Source: a bacterium
GTDB taxonomy: Bacteria > Hinthialibacterota > Hinthialibacteria > Hinthialibacterales > Hinthialibacteraceae
Direction of reading: 5' to 3'
DNA length: 64,000 nt
NCBI GenBank assembly: GCA_963662285.2
Contig: CAXXMV010000001.1
Span: forward strand, 768,001-832,000
A program made the position numbers and the translations under genes. The first letter of the stretch is position 1; each line of letters starts with the position of its first letter. Of this stretch, positions 28,735 to 39,067 are shown piece after piece. Below the pieces are notes generated by a model. It was not told where the DNA came from and did not search any database. It worked only from the letters and a program-made list of their open reading frames with translations.

Positions 28735-30162
28735 ATGCCTGTTCCTACTGCTGCACTAGTCAGTAATTCACAAATGGGAAAAAAATCTCCTACTGAATCA
28801 CATATTCAGGTAGATCCCCAATGGGCCTGGAAACCATATGAACCTTGTGCGGAGCAGCCCTGGAATTTGCGGTGGGCGGGGCACCTATACCGGCGAGCCG
28901 CTTTTGGCGCAACGTGGAAGCAACTGCAACAAGCATTAGCCGATGGACCACAGAAAACAGCAGACCACCTCCTACGTCCTCAGGTCGATATCAATGGTTT
29001 TGATCAAGAATTGGGCGAATACGAATCTTCGGCGGCCAAGTCAGAATCCGCCGAAGGGATACGGGCGTGGTGGTTACGCCGGATGATTCAGACTCCTCAC
29101 CCACTGTTGGAAAAGATGACTTTGTTCTGGCATGGCCATTTTGCCTTGAGTAATACCAGCGTAAAAAACGCCCAATTAATGTATCAATACATTTGCTTAT
29201 TACGCCAAAACGCAATGGGCAGTTATGAATCATTATTCGATGGAATTGCACACAATCCGGCGATGCTTATTGCTCTCGATTCTGAAAAGAATCGTAAAGC
29301 CCAACCCAATGAGAACTTCGCCCTCGAACTGCTTCAAGCATTTGGTCTGGGGCCATCCCATTTCACCGAAAATGACGTCAGGGAAACTGCCCGCGCTTTT
29401 ACCGGATGGTTCGTGATGAAGAATCAAAGCCGATTTATTCCCAGGGAACACGACGCAGGATCAAAAAAGATTCTCGGCGAAGAAGGAAATTTCACCAGTA
29501 AGGATGCTATACAAACCGTGCTCAGGCAACCAGCCGCTTCCCGGTTTGTGATTCGGAAACTCTACCGCTGGTTTATATCTGAAATTGAGTATCCACCTGA
29601 TCCTCTTATGGCGCCATTAGAGGAGTCATTCGCAAAAGATTATGATATTGAAAAACTGGTAAGCACGATGCTCCGTTCGAATATTTTCTTTTCACAAACC
29701 GCTTACCGGAAACGTATAAAAAGCCCTGTGGAATTTGCTTTAGGGATTATTCAGGGAATGGAAGCAAATGTATCAACCACCAAACTAGGTCAGGATTTGG
29801 CAGCGCTAGGCCAGAATTTATACCATCCTCCCACTATCAAAGGATGGCCGGGAGGACGTCATTGGATCAATAGCGCAACATTACTGAGCCGTTGCAATCT
29901 AGCCAATGCGCTGCTTTCGGATAAAAGTCTTTATGGCGGCAAACTCTCCCCGTTGGCGATTGCAAAGAAACATGGTTTTTCTAAACCTGATTCGACATGT
30001 AAATTCTTACTGGATTTGTACTTGCAGGGAGATTTGGATTCAGAGGCTCGCGAGAGTCTGCTGAAAAGAGTACCGCAATCGACGGAAGCGAACGATTATT
30101 CGTTGGAATTGAACCAGTATGCTCAGCAGATTTTTTCATTGCCCGAATATCAGTTAGTTTAA
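28735..30162 (+). CDS. DUF1800 family protein
   Basis: HLYRRAAFG, EKMTLFWHGHFA, PNENFALELL, ARAFTGW and PPTIKGW motifs. Confidence 0.92.
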   Translation: MPVPTAALVSNSQMGKKSPTESHIQVDPQWAWKPYEPCAEQPWNLRWAGHLYRRAAFGATWKQLQQALADGPQKTADHLLRPQVDINGFDQELGEYESSAAKSESAEGIRAWWLRRMIQTPHPLLEKMTLFWHGHFALSNTSVKNAQLMYQYICLLRQNAMGSYESLFDGIAHNPAMLIALDSEKNRKAQPNENFALELLQAFGLGPSHFTENDVRETARAFTGWFVMKNQSRFIPREHDAGSKKILGEEGNFTSKDAIQTVLRQPAASRFVIRKLYRWFISEIEYPPDPLMAPLEESFAKDYDIEKLVSTMLRSNIFFSQTAYRKRIKSPVEFALGIIQGMEANVSTTKLGQDLAALGQNLYHPPTIKGWPGGRHWINSATLLSRCNLANALLSDKSLYGGKLSPLAIAKKHGFSKPDSTCKFLLDLYLQGDLDSEARESLLKRVPQSTEANDYSLELNQYAQQIFSLPEYQLV

Positions 30163-30181
30163 CAATAGACTGGAGGACGCC

Positions 30182-31429
30182 ATGTCCAGTACAAGACGTA
30201 CATTTTTAAAATCATCCCTCGGCGCCGCAACGTTATTTTCACTTCATCCGTTTGTTCCAGCGTTTCTCAGCGGAACAGCCAATGCAGCGGTAAATCAAAA
30301 AACAAACTCAGATAAAGTTATGGTCGTGCTGCAACTTTCGGGGGGGAACGATGGATTGAACACAGTGGTTCCTTATGCCGACGATGAATATGCGCGTAGC
30401 CGGACAACGTTGCGCCTTTCTTCGACTGATGTTCACAAAATAGATTCTTACCTGGGCTTCCATCCTGAAATGAAAGCCCTTTCACAGCTTTATCAAGATG
30501 GTTTGCTGAGCATCATTCAGGGGGTGGGGTATCTCAATTCCAATCGTGATCATGCCATCGCCATAAGAGATTGGCATACTGGCCGACCTCATCAGGCCTC
30601 TTGTCAGACCGGATGGTTCGGGAGAGCGATTGATCATGCTTGCCATCGGGATGGTATTGATCTTCCTGGGATTTTAGTAGGAAATATCTCGCCGCCCCTG
30701 GGGATCAATGCGGAAAAAGCAATTGTTCCTTCGATCCGCTCTATCGATGAATTGACGCTCCATTTATCTAACAATGTAGATCAGCAATCATCTGTTAATG
30801 GCAGTATTTCTAATAGCGAAACAGATAATCCAATTTTAGATTTTTTAAGGCAAAGCAAGGTAAATGCTTTTAATAAAAGTAAAAAAATCGCGGCGATGGC
30901 CCAATCCCAAAAAATGAATGTGGAATATCCACCTTTTCAACTAGCTCATTCGTTACGAACCGTTGCTCAACTAATCCGTGCAGATGTTGGCATCAAAATG
31001 TATTACACTGAACTCGGTGGAGATGGATTTGGCGGCTTTGATAATCACGCCAGCCAACGCGATAACCATGCCGCTTTGCTTCGCCAGTTATCTGAATCGG
31101 TTGCTGCGTTTATGAAAGATCTACAATACGATAATATTCTTGATAACGTTTTATTAATCACTTTTTCCGAATTTGGACGGACTGTTAAAGAAAACGGAAG
31201 GCGTGGTACCGGACATGGAATAGCAGCACCTATGCTTATGGCAGGAGGAAATGTCAAAGGTGGGCTGATCGGTTCACATCCCAGCCTTACTGATCTTGAT
31301 AATGATGCATTAAAATTCCACACTGACTTTCGTCAAGTTTATGCATCAATTCTAGATCAATGGCTCGGTTTGGATTCTCAAGTAGTTTTAGGTGGTCAAT
31401 ATGAACCTCTGAATATCTTGAAAGCATAA
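30182..31429 (+). CDS. DUF1501 family protein with Tat signal
   Basis: TRRTFLK, LSGGNDGLNTVVPY, GFDNH, FSEFGR and DFRQVYA motifs. Confidence 0.92.
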   Translation: MSSTRRTFLKSSLGAATLFSLHPFVPAFLSGTANAAVNQKTNSDKVMVVLQLSGGNDGLNTVVPYADDEYARSRTTLRLSSTDVHKIDSYLGFHPEMKALSQLYQDGLLSIIQGVGYLNSNRDHAIAIRDWHTGRPHQASCQTGWFGRAIDHACHRDGIDLPGILVGNISPPLGINAEKAIVPSIRSIDELTLHLSNNVDQQSSVNGSISNSETDNPILDFLRQSKVNAFNKSKKIAAMAQSQKMNVEYPPFQLAHSLRTVAQLIRADVGIKMYYTELGGDGFGGFDNHASQRDNHAALLRQLSESVAAFMKDLQYDNILDNVLLITFSEFGRTVKENGRRGTGHGIAAPMLMAGGNVKGGLIGSHPSLTDLDNDALKFHTDFRQVYASILDQWLGLDSQVVLGGQYEPLNILKA

Positions 31430-31459
31430 ATGTATTTTCATCAATGGAGTTAATCAGAT

Positions 31460-32146
31460 ATGAAAGATCAAGACCGGCCTTTGGTCGCCGCCCATCTCTC
31501 TTTCCGAAAGTCACGCAATTCGTTTAAGGATTTAGATTTACGCCAGCGTTTCGAGAAGATTCACCAGACCAACTTATGGCAAGCGGAAACGTCGCGCTCC
31601 GGACCTGGATCGGAAGAAGAAACTACCGCCAAAATCCGTCAGGAACTGCCTCTTCTGCTTAAGAGCCTGGACGTTAAATCACTACTCGACGCGCCTTGCG
31701 GCGATGCTTCGTGGATCATGAAATGCAACCTCGGCATTGAATATACCGGATTGGATATCGTACCCGATTTGATTAACGATCTTAAACAGAAATCATCAGC
31801 GGATTTGATCAAAGGACGCTTTGATCTGGCCGACCTGACGGTTGATCCGCTCCCCAAAGCGGATGCTATTTTGTGCCGTGATTGTTTAGTGCATTTCTGT
31901 TTTTCTAACATCAAAAAAGCCATAACCAATTTCAAGCGATCCGGCGCGCAGTTTTTGATCACTACAACATTTACTGAATGGAATACCAACCATGAGATCG
32001 AAGACGGCGATTGGCGGGCGCTCAATTTCCAACGCCCTCCATTCACCTGGCCCGATCCGGTCGCTTTGCTCTATGAAGACTGCCGGGAAGTCGACGGAGC
32101 TTATCAAGATAAATGCCTGGGCGTTTGGAAACTGAGCGATTGTTGA
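31460..32146 (+). CDS. Class I SAM-dependent methyltransferase
   Basis: SGPGS, LLDAPCGD, YTGLDIV and LCRDCLVH motifs. Confidence 0.85.
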   Translation: MKDQDRPLVAAHLSFRKSRNSFKDLDLRQRFEKIHQTNLWQAETSRSGPGSEEETTAKIRQELPLLLKSLDVKSLLDAPCGDASWIMKCNLGIEYTGLDIVPDLINDLKQKSSADLIKGRFDLADLTVDPLPKADAILCRDCLVHFCFSNIKKAITNFKRSGAQFLITTTFTEWNTNHEIEDGDWRALNFQRPPFTWPDPVALLYEDCREVDGAYQDKCLGVWKLSDC

Positions 32147-32270
32147 ATGGACTAAAAAGTTTGCTTGACATAAGAGAGGATATGTGAGAAATTAAACAGT
32201 CTCAACACTGATAGAAGGTTAATATCCAAATAGATGTATGTTCATTTGCATCTTAAGGAGTGCAACTCTC

Positions 32271-32933
32271 ATGAAACCAACTGGAAGCAAACTATCGGGA
32301 TTCACATTGATCGAGTTGCTGATTGTCGTCGCCATAATCGGGATTCTGGCGGCGATCGCCGTGCCCAATTTTATGAATGCGCAAATTCGCGCTAAGATTG
32401 CGCGTTCACAAGCGGATATGAAATCAATGGGAACGGCCATTGCCGCGTTTCGCGTTGATCAGAATACCATGTTGGTCGATTTTTGGGATGAAGGTACTCC
32501 GCAAGCGTTAGAACGCTTAAAGAAATGGGGGCTTTGTTCGGTCGATAACCTGGATGATGCTGTGCGCAACCAGCCGTGTATATTAGCCAATTTAACCAGC
32601 CCGGTTTCGTATTTATCATCGATTCCGAAAGATCCATTTTTCGGCAAGGTAACCAGCACCAGCAACCGATTAGTGGAAGCCCTGGCGGGAACCTATTTTT
32701 ATGGCGACAACGATCCCGTCGTACCGGGCGAGGATCATGGCTTCGCCGCATTGAAAGTCGGTTTGGCGCAGCAATTCGATTTACAGCCGCTACTCGAAGG
32801 ACAATGGGCGTTATTGGGCGTTGGCCCGGATTCAACCGCTGAAGAGATCGGGGCGGGGGATAATCCACGCGGCATCCCCTATGAATCATCCAACGGGCTG
32901 CGCAGCACGGGCGACATCACCATGCGCGGGTGA
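32271..32933 (+). CDS. Prepilin-type N-terminal cleavage/methylation domain protein
   Basis: GFTLIELLIVVAIIGILAAIAVPNF. AAGGAG RBS before the ATG at 32271. Confidence 0.9.
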   Translation: MKPTGSKLSGFTLIELLIVVAIIGILAAIAVPNFMNAQIRAKIARSQADMKSMGTAIAAFRVDQNTMLVDFWDEGTPQALERLKKWGLCSVDNLDDAVRNQPCILANLTSPVSYLSSIPKDPFFGKVTSTSNRLVEALAGTYFYGDNDPVVPGEDHGFAALKVGLAQQFDLQPLLEGQWALLGVGPDSTAEEIGAGDNPRGIPYESSNGLRSTGDITMRG

Positions 32934-32944
32934 TATACATTCTT

Positions 32945-33135
32945 TCAGTTGTAAGAGGTCAGCCATTTGAAGTGTGTTATCCCTCCCCCAAGCTTGGGGG
33001 AGGTTAGGTGGGGGTTGATTCGTCGAAACGCAACCCCCCTCTAACTCCCCCCAAACTTGGGGGGAGGATTTGAGCATAAACGCTTTGTATAAAGCATAGT
33101 TATTACAGCATTACTTCATGTGGTTGAACTGATAC
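32945..33135. repeat. Dispersed REP/MITE-like element, family A, copy 2 (inverted)
   Basis: Reverse-complement homologue of 11-172, with short TCAGTT/AACTGA ends. Lies between convergent genes. Confidence 0.8.
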
Positions 33136-33151
33136 TTTCCGTTAATACATC

Positions 33152-33919
33152 TTACTTGATTGTATCCGGCTTATCTTTCACGCAACGGAATCCAACCGCA
33201 AAATCCACCCAGGTAGATGGCAGGCCTTTACGGTAAAAGACTTTCTTACACATGTTTCCCGAATGCCAGCTGCCGCTGCGTATGACCCGGTTATTATGGT
33301 CTGTCGGACCTTTTGGATTATCAACCGGGCTGGTTTTGTAGTAGTCTTCGGCGTACTGATCCGCCACCCATTCCCAGACATTGCCGCCCATGTCATACAG
33401 GCCGTATCCATTCGGCTGATATTTACCCACAGCTTCAATTCGATTGATCCATAGCCCGTTATCTTTTGCAGCGGATTTTTTGTCCCAGGTATTGCCATTA
33501 GGGAAATCATTATTCACTAATCCCCCACGAGCGGCGCGCTCCCATTCGGCCTCAGTGGGCAAGCGCTTCCCCGCCCATTCAGCGTACTTTTGCGCATCGC
33601 GCCAGCTGATCCCCACTACCGGGTGATTGGGATATTTCTCACCACTTCGGAAAACATCCACATTCCAAAACTCCGGCAATTTATACTTGGTTTCCCTACA
33701 GAACTTATGATATTCAGCATTGGTCACTTCATGCTTATCCATATAAAACGAACCAACAATCACTTTGTGAGACGGGCTGAAATCACGCCCTTTATCAGAA
33801 TCCTTACCCATCATATATTCCCCGCCGGGAACCAGCGCCATGCTGGATTCCATTTCTTGCGCGGGAAGCGTTTGAGTGAATAACATAATCATCCCGACAA
33901 TGAGTAGTCTTCTTATCAT
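33152..33919 (-). CDS. Formylglycine-generating enzyme (FGE/SUMF1) family protein
   Basis: HEVTN, HPVV, RLPTEAEWE, DMGGNVWEW and GFRC motifs, with a signal peptide. Confidence 0.88.
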   Translation of the reverse strand: MIRRLLIVGMIMLFTQTLPAQEMESSMALVPGGEYMMGKDSDKGRDFSPSHKVIVGSFYMDKHEVTNAEYHKFCRETKYKLPEFWNVDVFRSGEKYPNHPVVGISWRDAQKYAEWAGKRLPTEAEWERAARGGLVNNDFPNGNTWDKKSAAKDNGLWINRIEAVGKYQPNGYGLYDMGGNVWEWVADQYAEDYYKTSPVDNPKGPTDHNNRVIRSGSWHSGNMCKKVFYRKGLPSTWVDFAVGFRCVKDKPDTIK

Positions 33920-33937
33920 TACTCTGATCCTTTTCTT

Positions 33938-35491
33938 CTATTTGTCATTCAACCAAGCCTCATATTGCGATGCAAGTTCTTCCAGTTTATCCGGCTTGGC
34001 CTTAGCAAGGTTATTGAGTTCCGTAGGATCATTCTTGAGGTTGTATAATTCCCAGGGACCTTTATTTACCCTGACTATTTTCCAATCGCCGAAGCGCACC
34101 ATGCGGAACCTGTCCAGATATCCTGAGACGATAATCTCCGGTTGCTTGCGGGCTTCTCCTTTAAATAGCGGGGTGAGCGTCGAGCCATCCAGTTGGGGCA
34201 TCGGCTTTCCTTCGGCTTGGGCTGGATACATGGCGCCGGACAGTTCAAGCAGGGTGGGATAGATATCAACCAAGTGAGCTGGCGCATCGCATAATCCCGG
34301 CTTGATAACCTTGGGCCAGTTGGCGATGAAATGGGTATGCGACCCGCCTTCATGGCCATATTGTTTATAAAAGCGGAAAGGCGTGTCGCCCACATTAGCC
34401 CATGCCGCACATAGGGTGCGGTAGGAATCCGCACCGCCGGGGGGGATGGAGAAATCCTTATTGCTGTCATAGGGGCATGATCCATTGTCCGACAGGAACA
34501 TAATCAGGGTGTTGTCGCGTACTCCCATCTCATCAAGTTTCTGCAACACCCGTCCGATGTTCTGATCCAGACGGTCGACCATAGCGGCGAAGACCGCCAT
34601 TTCCAAATCAAGTTCATCCTGCTCGCTGGAGGAGAGTGAATCCCAGGGGCGGTATTTATATATATCATTACGATACGGCCCTCGGTGCTTGTTGATATTA
34701 TCTTCAGGAGGGCTGAGTTTACAATCCTGCGGGATCACGCCCAGTTCTTTCTGGCGCTCGAAACGTTCCTGACGGATTTTATCCCAGCCCTTTTTATACT
34801 TGCCGCGGTATTTGGCGATATCCTCTTTACGCGCTTGCAGGGGATAATGAGCTGGATGGTAGGGCAGATATAGGAAGAATGGATCATCGTTCTTCCCGGC
34901 TTTATCGAGAAAATCCAGGGCGTATGTGGTGACCACATCGGTTTTATAGAATGGCGGATCATGCACCGGCATCTCATCAATCTTCAGTTCTTTGCCGTTA
35001 AGTTTGAAAGGGCTTCTGAACTTGCCGTCAGGGGGGATGAAATAGGTATTGCCCACCGCATAGTTGAATACATCATCAAAGCATGATTCCGAGTAGCAGC
35101 GCCGGGGAACCCATTCATCAAAATGCTCCTTGCCGCACATGGCGGTGTAATACCCGGCGTCGCGCATCGGTTGGGTGAAGGGCTGGGCGTTCTGGGCATC
35201 CCTACGGGGCAGATACAATCCTGTAAACAAAGATGAGCGCGTCGGATTGCACTTGGCCATATTATAGAAATTGGTGAAACGAACGCCCTGGTTTCCCAGT
35301 TTATCCAAGTTGGGCGTATTGATCTCCGAGCCATAACACCCGATATCAGAGAATCCGACATCATCAGCCATAATCAAAACAACATTAGGCCGTTGATCTT
35401 TTGACGCTGCAGCCGAATAGCCCATCATCCCGGAAGAGAGCGCCGCCCCCGCCGCCGTCTTCAAAAATCCCCGCCTGGTTAGATTGCTCAT
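33938..35491 (-). CDS. Arylsulfatase (Cys-type, Tat-exported)
   Basis: TRRGFLK, PNVVLIMADD, CNPTR (CxPxR) and SDNG motifs. Confidence 0.93.
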   Translation of the reverse strand: MSNLTRRGFLKTAAGAALSSGMMGYSAAASKDQRPNVVLIMADDVGFSDIGCYGSEINTPNLDKLGNQGVRFTNFYNMAKCNPTRSSLFTGLYLPRRDAQNAQPFTQPMRDAGYYTAMCGKEHFDEWVPRRCYSESCFDDVFNYAVGNTYFIPPDGKFRSPFKLNGKELKIDEMPVHDPPFYKTDVVTTYALDFLDKAGKNDDPFFLYLPYHPAHYPLQARKEDIAKYRGKYKKGWDKIRQERFERQKELGVIPQDCKLSPPEDNINKHRGPYRNDIYKYRPWDSLSSSEQDELDLEMAVFAAMVDRLDQNIGRVLQKLDEMGVRDNTLIMFLSDNGSCPYDSNKDFSIPPGGADSYRTLCAAWANVGDTPFRFYKQYGHEGGSHTHFIANWPKVIKPGLCDAPAHLVDIYPTLLELSGAMYPAQAEGKPMPQLDGSTLTPLFKGEARKQPEIIVSGYLDRFRMVRFGDWKIVRVNKGPWELYNLKNDPTELNNLAKAKPDKLEELASQYEAWLNDK

Positions 35492-35668
35492 GGCATTCTC
35501 CTTCTTGCTGGATGATCAGATTTGGTTATGTAATTATACGAAATATCTGAACCATCTTATATGGCAATGTTCACCATTGAAGTGAACAAAAAATAAAAAT
35601 ACCGTATTAAAGTTAACGATAATATGGTAACATTATTCTAATATTACTCATGAAAGGTAAAGAGAATC

Positions 35669-38188
35669 ATGTTAAAGCGTTTTGGTAGTTATTTGTTTAT
35701 TGCACTTTTCGTTTTCACTAGTTCGGCTTTTGCTCAATCTGTTGGTATATTTGATACTCAGACTGATATCGGCGAACCGGATAATTTTGGTTATGCATCT
35801 TTCGATGATGACATCTATCAGGTTGAAGGCGTTGGCGCCACAGTCGGCAATGAAACATTATCTGACCAGTTCTTTTTCATCAGCAAGGAGATGAAAGGGA
35901 GTTTCGCCATTGAAGCGTATCCCGAACCGATTGATGCAGGTGAAGGCGGCTTGATGGTTCGTCAAAGCCTGGATGCTGATGCTCCTCATGTATCTATTTT
36001 AATGAATACCTCATTCGCTTCTTTTCCTCATATCCGAACTATCAAAGGCGGGGGTACTATTTTCGATGGAGACCCTGAGCCAGCCGAACAAGTTAAACTG
36101 CGGTTGGAACGATTGGGTAACAGCGTGCATATTTACACCATTGACGCTGCGGGCGCTGCAACGCTCCTGCAATCAGAGGTCGGATTGTTCGACGAAACAG
36201 TATTGGTCGGAATCGCCGCCACCGGAGGCTCTGCCGCTGGCATCAGCCTGTTCGATTTTTCTGAAGTTACACTTGAAGAATTTCCACTGAATGTGATCCG
36301 TGATGTTCCTACCGACGAATTACAACCGGGCGCGTCTTTAACTGGAATCACCGTAACCGCCAAAGTTATGGATGGCGAATCGGTTGATGCGACTGTGCGT
36401 GAAGTGATTCCTCCGGGATCATCCATATCCAACATCACAGTTTCCACTGGAGAGATGGTTGATAATGGCGATGGCACGGTCGATTGGACGTTGACCGGGC
36501 TTTCCGGGGAAGCGGTTATGACCTACGACCTGACATTGGGCAGCGACGATACCTCCGCCGTATGGCGTGGAACCTTCAATGACGGCGTTCGTCCTGAAAG
36601 TTATATCGGCGCTGATATCATGTTACCTAAAACACCCACCTTCACACCCAAAGGACCTTTTGACGTCGATACCCATTTCCTCACTATCATCCAATCGGAA
36701 TGGGCGACTCCTACGGAAATGGCGTTAAATGAAGATTTCGGTCTATTCTTCGATCCTACCGCTGACAATGGAATTGCGGTAATCGCCATTGATGAACCCA
36801 ATACGGAAGCACTGCTTCAATATACGCTGAATATTCCTGAAGATGGAACATACTATCTATTCGCAAACGCGCGTGAAGAAGATGGTAACAGCGACTCCCT
36901 TCATGTCGATATGGATAATATTCCTGCGGCAGATGATACTAGTCGATGGAATATATCTGCGGACAAAACTTATGAAGTTCAGTGGGTTAGCCAGGAAAGC
37001 CCCTTGAACGATCCTCGTCCATTTGTACTGACCGCTGGCGAACACGTTTTCAACATTATGTCCCGTGAAGACAGCGTCAGCGTGGATTGGATCGGCGTGA
37101 CCAGCAATGCCAGTTTAGATCTGGCTAATCTGGACATGAACGCCCGCGCCATTGTTTCGCGTATTATCTCGGATGATTTCCTGGAAGAAGGAGAGAACAG
37201 CGTCTCGGTTGAATTATCGCTCTTCTTAAAATCAGGCGTCACCGATTCGGCTATTGTCACTGAGATGCCTCCAGCCAACTACGGTATAGAAAATGTCAGC
37301 GCTACTGAAGGAACAGTAACTCAGAATGCAGATGGTTCGATCACCTGGGACATGACTGGCGTCACTGGCAAAGATGGCGCTATGACTTACACAGTCGTTA
37401 TTCCTACAGATAGAAATAATTATTCAACAGGCGGCTTCTTCCAGGGAGAGTTTGTGCTTGGTTCAGACGCGCCAGTTGAGTTTGGCGATACCATCGCCGT
37501 ATTAGGAACGCCTGTCGATCCTATCGGAAAGACGGTTTATTTCTTTGGCAACATAGATGCTGAAGAATTAGGAGACCTCATCTTTATTTCCGAAATGAGA
37601 ACCATGTTCGGACTGGACGTAATACTCTATGACGATGGCAACAATGCAGGATTGGATGATATGCCTGCTGATCTATCTGGATCAGACATGTCATTTATAA
37701 GCGGCTCGGTAGGTTCGACCAACATGGTTGATATGAACTATCACATCAACGATGAGACGCCAATCGTCTTTAACGAAAGTTACATCGCCGACGATTACGT
37801 ATTCCAACCCGGAACCAACGGTGGATCATCTGGAACCGAAATTGAGATCGTTGATAACGGCCATCCCATCATGGAAGGATTCGAACTGGGGCTGTTGCAA
37901 GTCTATAATGAATCTCACGGTATGGGTGGAGTGAACAATCCTCCCGAAGGCCTGCGGGTATTGGCCATTGAACCGGGCAACCCCGACCTGGCGGTGCTAT
38001 ATATCTTCGAAAAAGGCGCATCAGCCAACGGCTCATCAACACCGGGCGACCGTATCTCCATTTTCTATGGAGGCGACAGTTTAATCGATATGACCGCAGC
38101 CGGTCGTAAGTTACACAACCAGATTTTCGCCTACTCACTTGGCATCGAAGCGCCCGACGTAGGCGTGCATGATTTCATGCTGTATTAA
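35669..38188 (+). CDS. Large acidic secreted beta-rich protein (possible CBM/Ig-like domains)
   Basis: Signal peptide. Two internal repeats (V.E..P....I.N....G......DG...W...G..G...MTY). Ends VGVHDFMLY. Confidence 0.75.
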   Translation: MLKRFGSYLFIALFVFTSSAFAQSVGIFDTQTDIGEPDNFGYASFDDDIYQVEGVGATVGNETLSDQFFFISKEMKGSFAIEAYPEPIDAGEGGLMVRQSLDADAPHVSILMNTSFASFPHIRTIKGGGTIFDGDPEPAEQVKLRLERLGNSVHIYTIDAAGAATLLQSEVGLFDETVLVGIAATGGSAAGISLFDFSEVTLEEFPLNVIRDVPTDELQPGASLTGITVTAKVMDGESVDATVREVIPPGSSISNITVSTGEMVDNGDGTVDWTLTGLSGEAVMTYDLTLGSDDTSAVWRGTFNDGVRPESYIGADIMLPKTPTFTPKGPFDVDTHFLTIIQSEWATPTEMALNEDFGLFFDPTADNGIAVIAIDEPNTEALLQYTLNIPEDGTYYLFANAREEDGNSDSLHVDMDNIPAADDTSRWNISADKTYEVQWVSQESPLNDPRPFVLTAGEHVFNIMSREDSVSVDWIGVTSNASLDLANLDMNARAIVSRIISDDFLEEGENSVSVELSLFLKSGVTDSAIVTEMPPANYGIENVSATEGTVTQNADGSITWDMTGVTGKDGAMTYTVVIPTDRNNYSTGGFFQGEFVLGSDAPVEFGDTIAVLGTPVDPIGKTVYFFGNIDAEELGDLIFISEMRTMFGLDVILYDDGNNAGLDDMPADLSGSDMSFISGSVGSTNMVDMNYHINDETPIVFNESYIADDYVFQPGTNGGSSGTEIEIVDNGHPIMEGFELGLLQVYNESHGMGGVNNPPEGLRVLAIEPGNPDLAVLYIFEKGASANGSSTPGDRISIFYGGDSLIDMTAAGRKLHNQIFAYSLGIEAPDVGVHDFMLY

Positions 38189-38217
38189 AATTACAAAGTT
38201 TCTTGGAATTAATGGAT

Positions 38218-38257
38218 AAAGGAGTTGCGGCAAAGAAAATTGTCGCAACTCCTTTTT
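38218..38257 (+). terminator. Rho-independent terminator
   Basis: AAAGGAGTTGCGGCAA/TTGTCGCAACTCCTTT stem plus a T tract. Confidence 0.8.
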
Positions 38258-38414
38258 ATTAGTTTAGAACTTTCTATCAAGCACCTGAACAGATATATAA
38301 CCTAAAAACAGGCTTGACAATAAATCTTAAACATGTTTCCTTTAAACCTAACCAAGACCAATTTTGCATTATTGGCATTATTGACTGAGATAGATTCATG
38401 AAAGGTAAAATACT

Positions 38415-38915
38415 ATGAGTACCAACGATAATTTACAGGACGCCTTTGCTGGTGAAAGCCAGGCCAACCGCCGTTATCTCGCATTTGCGCAAAAAGCTGA
38501 TAGCGATGGTTTCGCGCAGGTCGCCAAGTTGTTCCGCGCCGCCGCCGATGCTGAAACCATTCATGCCCACGCCCACTTAAGAGCCTTGGGCGGCATAAAA
38601 AGCACAGAAGAAAACTTAACAGAAGCAGTAGAAGGTGAACGGCACGAATATCAGGAAATGTACCCGGGATTCCTTAAGACCGCTCTAGAAGAATCCAACA
38701 AACGAGCCGAAGGCAGTTTTAAGAATGCTTTGGCAGCGGAAGAAATCCACCATAACCTATACAAACAAGCCCTGGAAGCAGTTAAAGCAGGTAAAGACCT
38801 TGATTCCATGTCAATTTATCTTTGCCCTGTTTGCGGTAACCTGGAATTGGGAGAAGCCCCCGAAAAATGCCCCATTTGTAATGTACCTGGATCGAAATTT
38901 GTTGAAGTAAACTAA
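38415..38915 (+). CDS. rbr: Rubrerythrin
   Basis: AFAGESQANRRY, ETIHA, EEIH and C-terminal CPVCG...CPIC motifs. Confidence 0.93.
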   Translation: MSTNDNLQDAFAGESQANRRYLAFAQKADSDGFAQVAKLFRAAADAETIHAHAHLRALGGIKSTEENLTEAVEGERHEYQEMYPGFLKTALEESNKRAEGSFKNALAAEEIHHNLYKQALEAVKAGKDLDSMSIYLCPVCGNLELGEAPEKCPICNVPGSKFVEVN

Positions 38916-38930
38916 ACGGTTTTTGATTAC

Positions 38931-39041
38931 AGAGCGATTCTCAAAATAACGTGCGTCAATGTGGTTGTTAAAAGTTCCCAAAAGAAGGAACTTTTAACAA
39001 CTCTAACGTTTTTAATACGCATATATTTTTTTTAACGGCTA
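38931..39041. repeat. MITE-like family B, full copy
   Basis: Central hairpin GTTGTTAAAAGTTCC/GGAACTTTTAACAAC and imperfect terminal inverted repeats. Homologous to 60138-60246. Confidence 0.75.
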
Positions 39042-39067
39042 TTACGCAATTTTCATTTTTGTAACCA

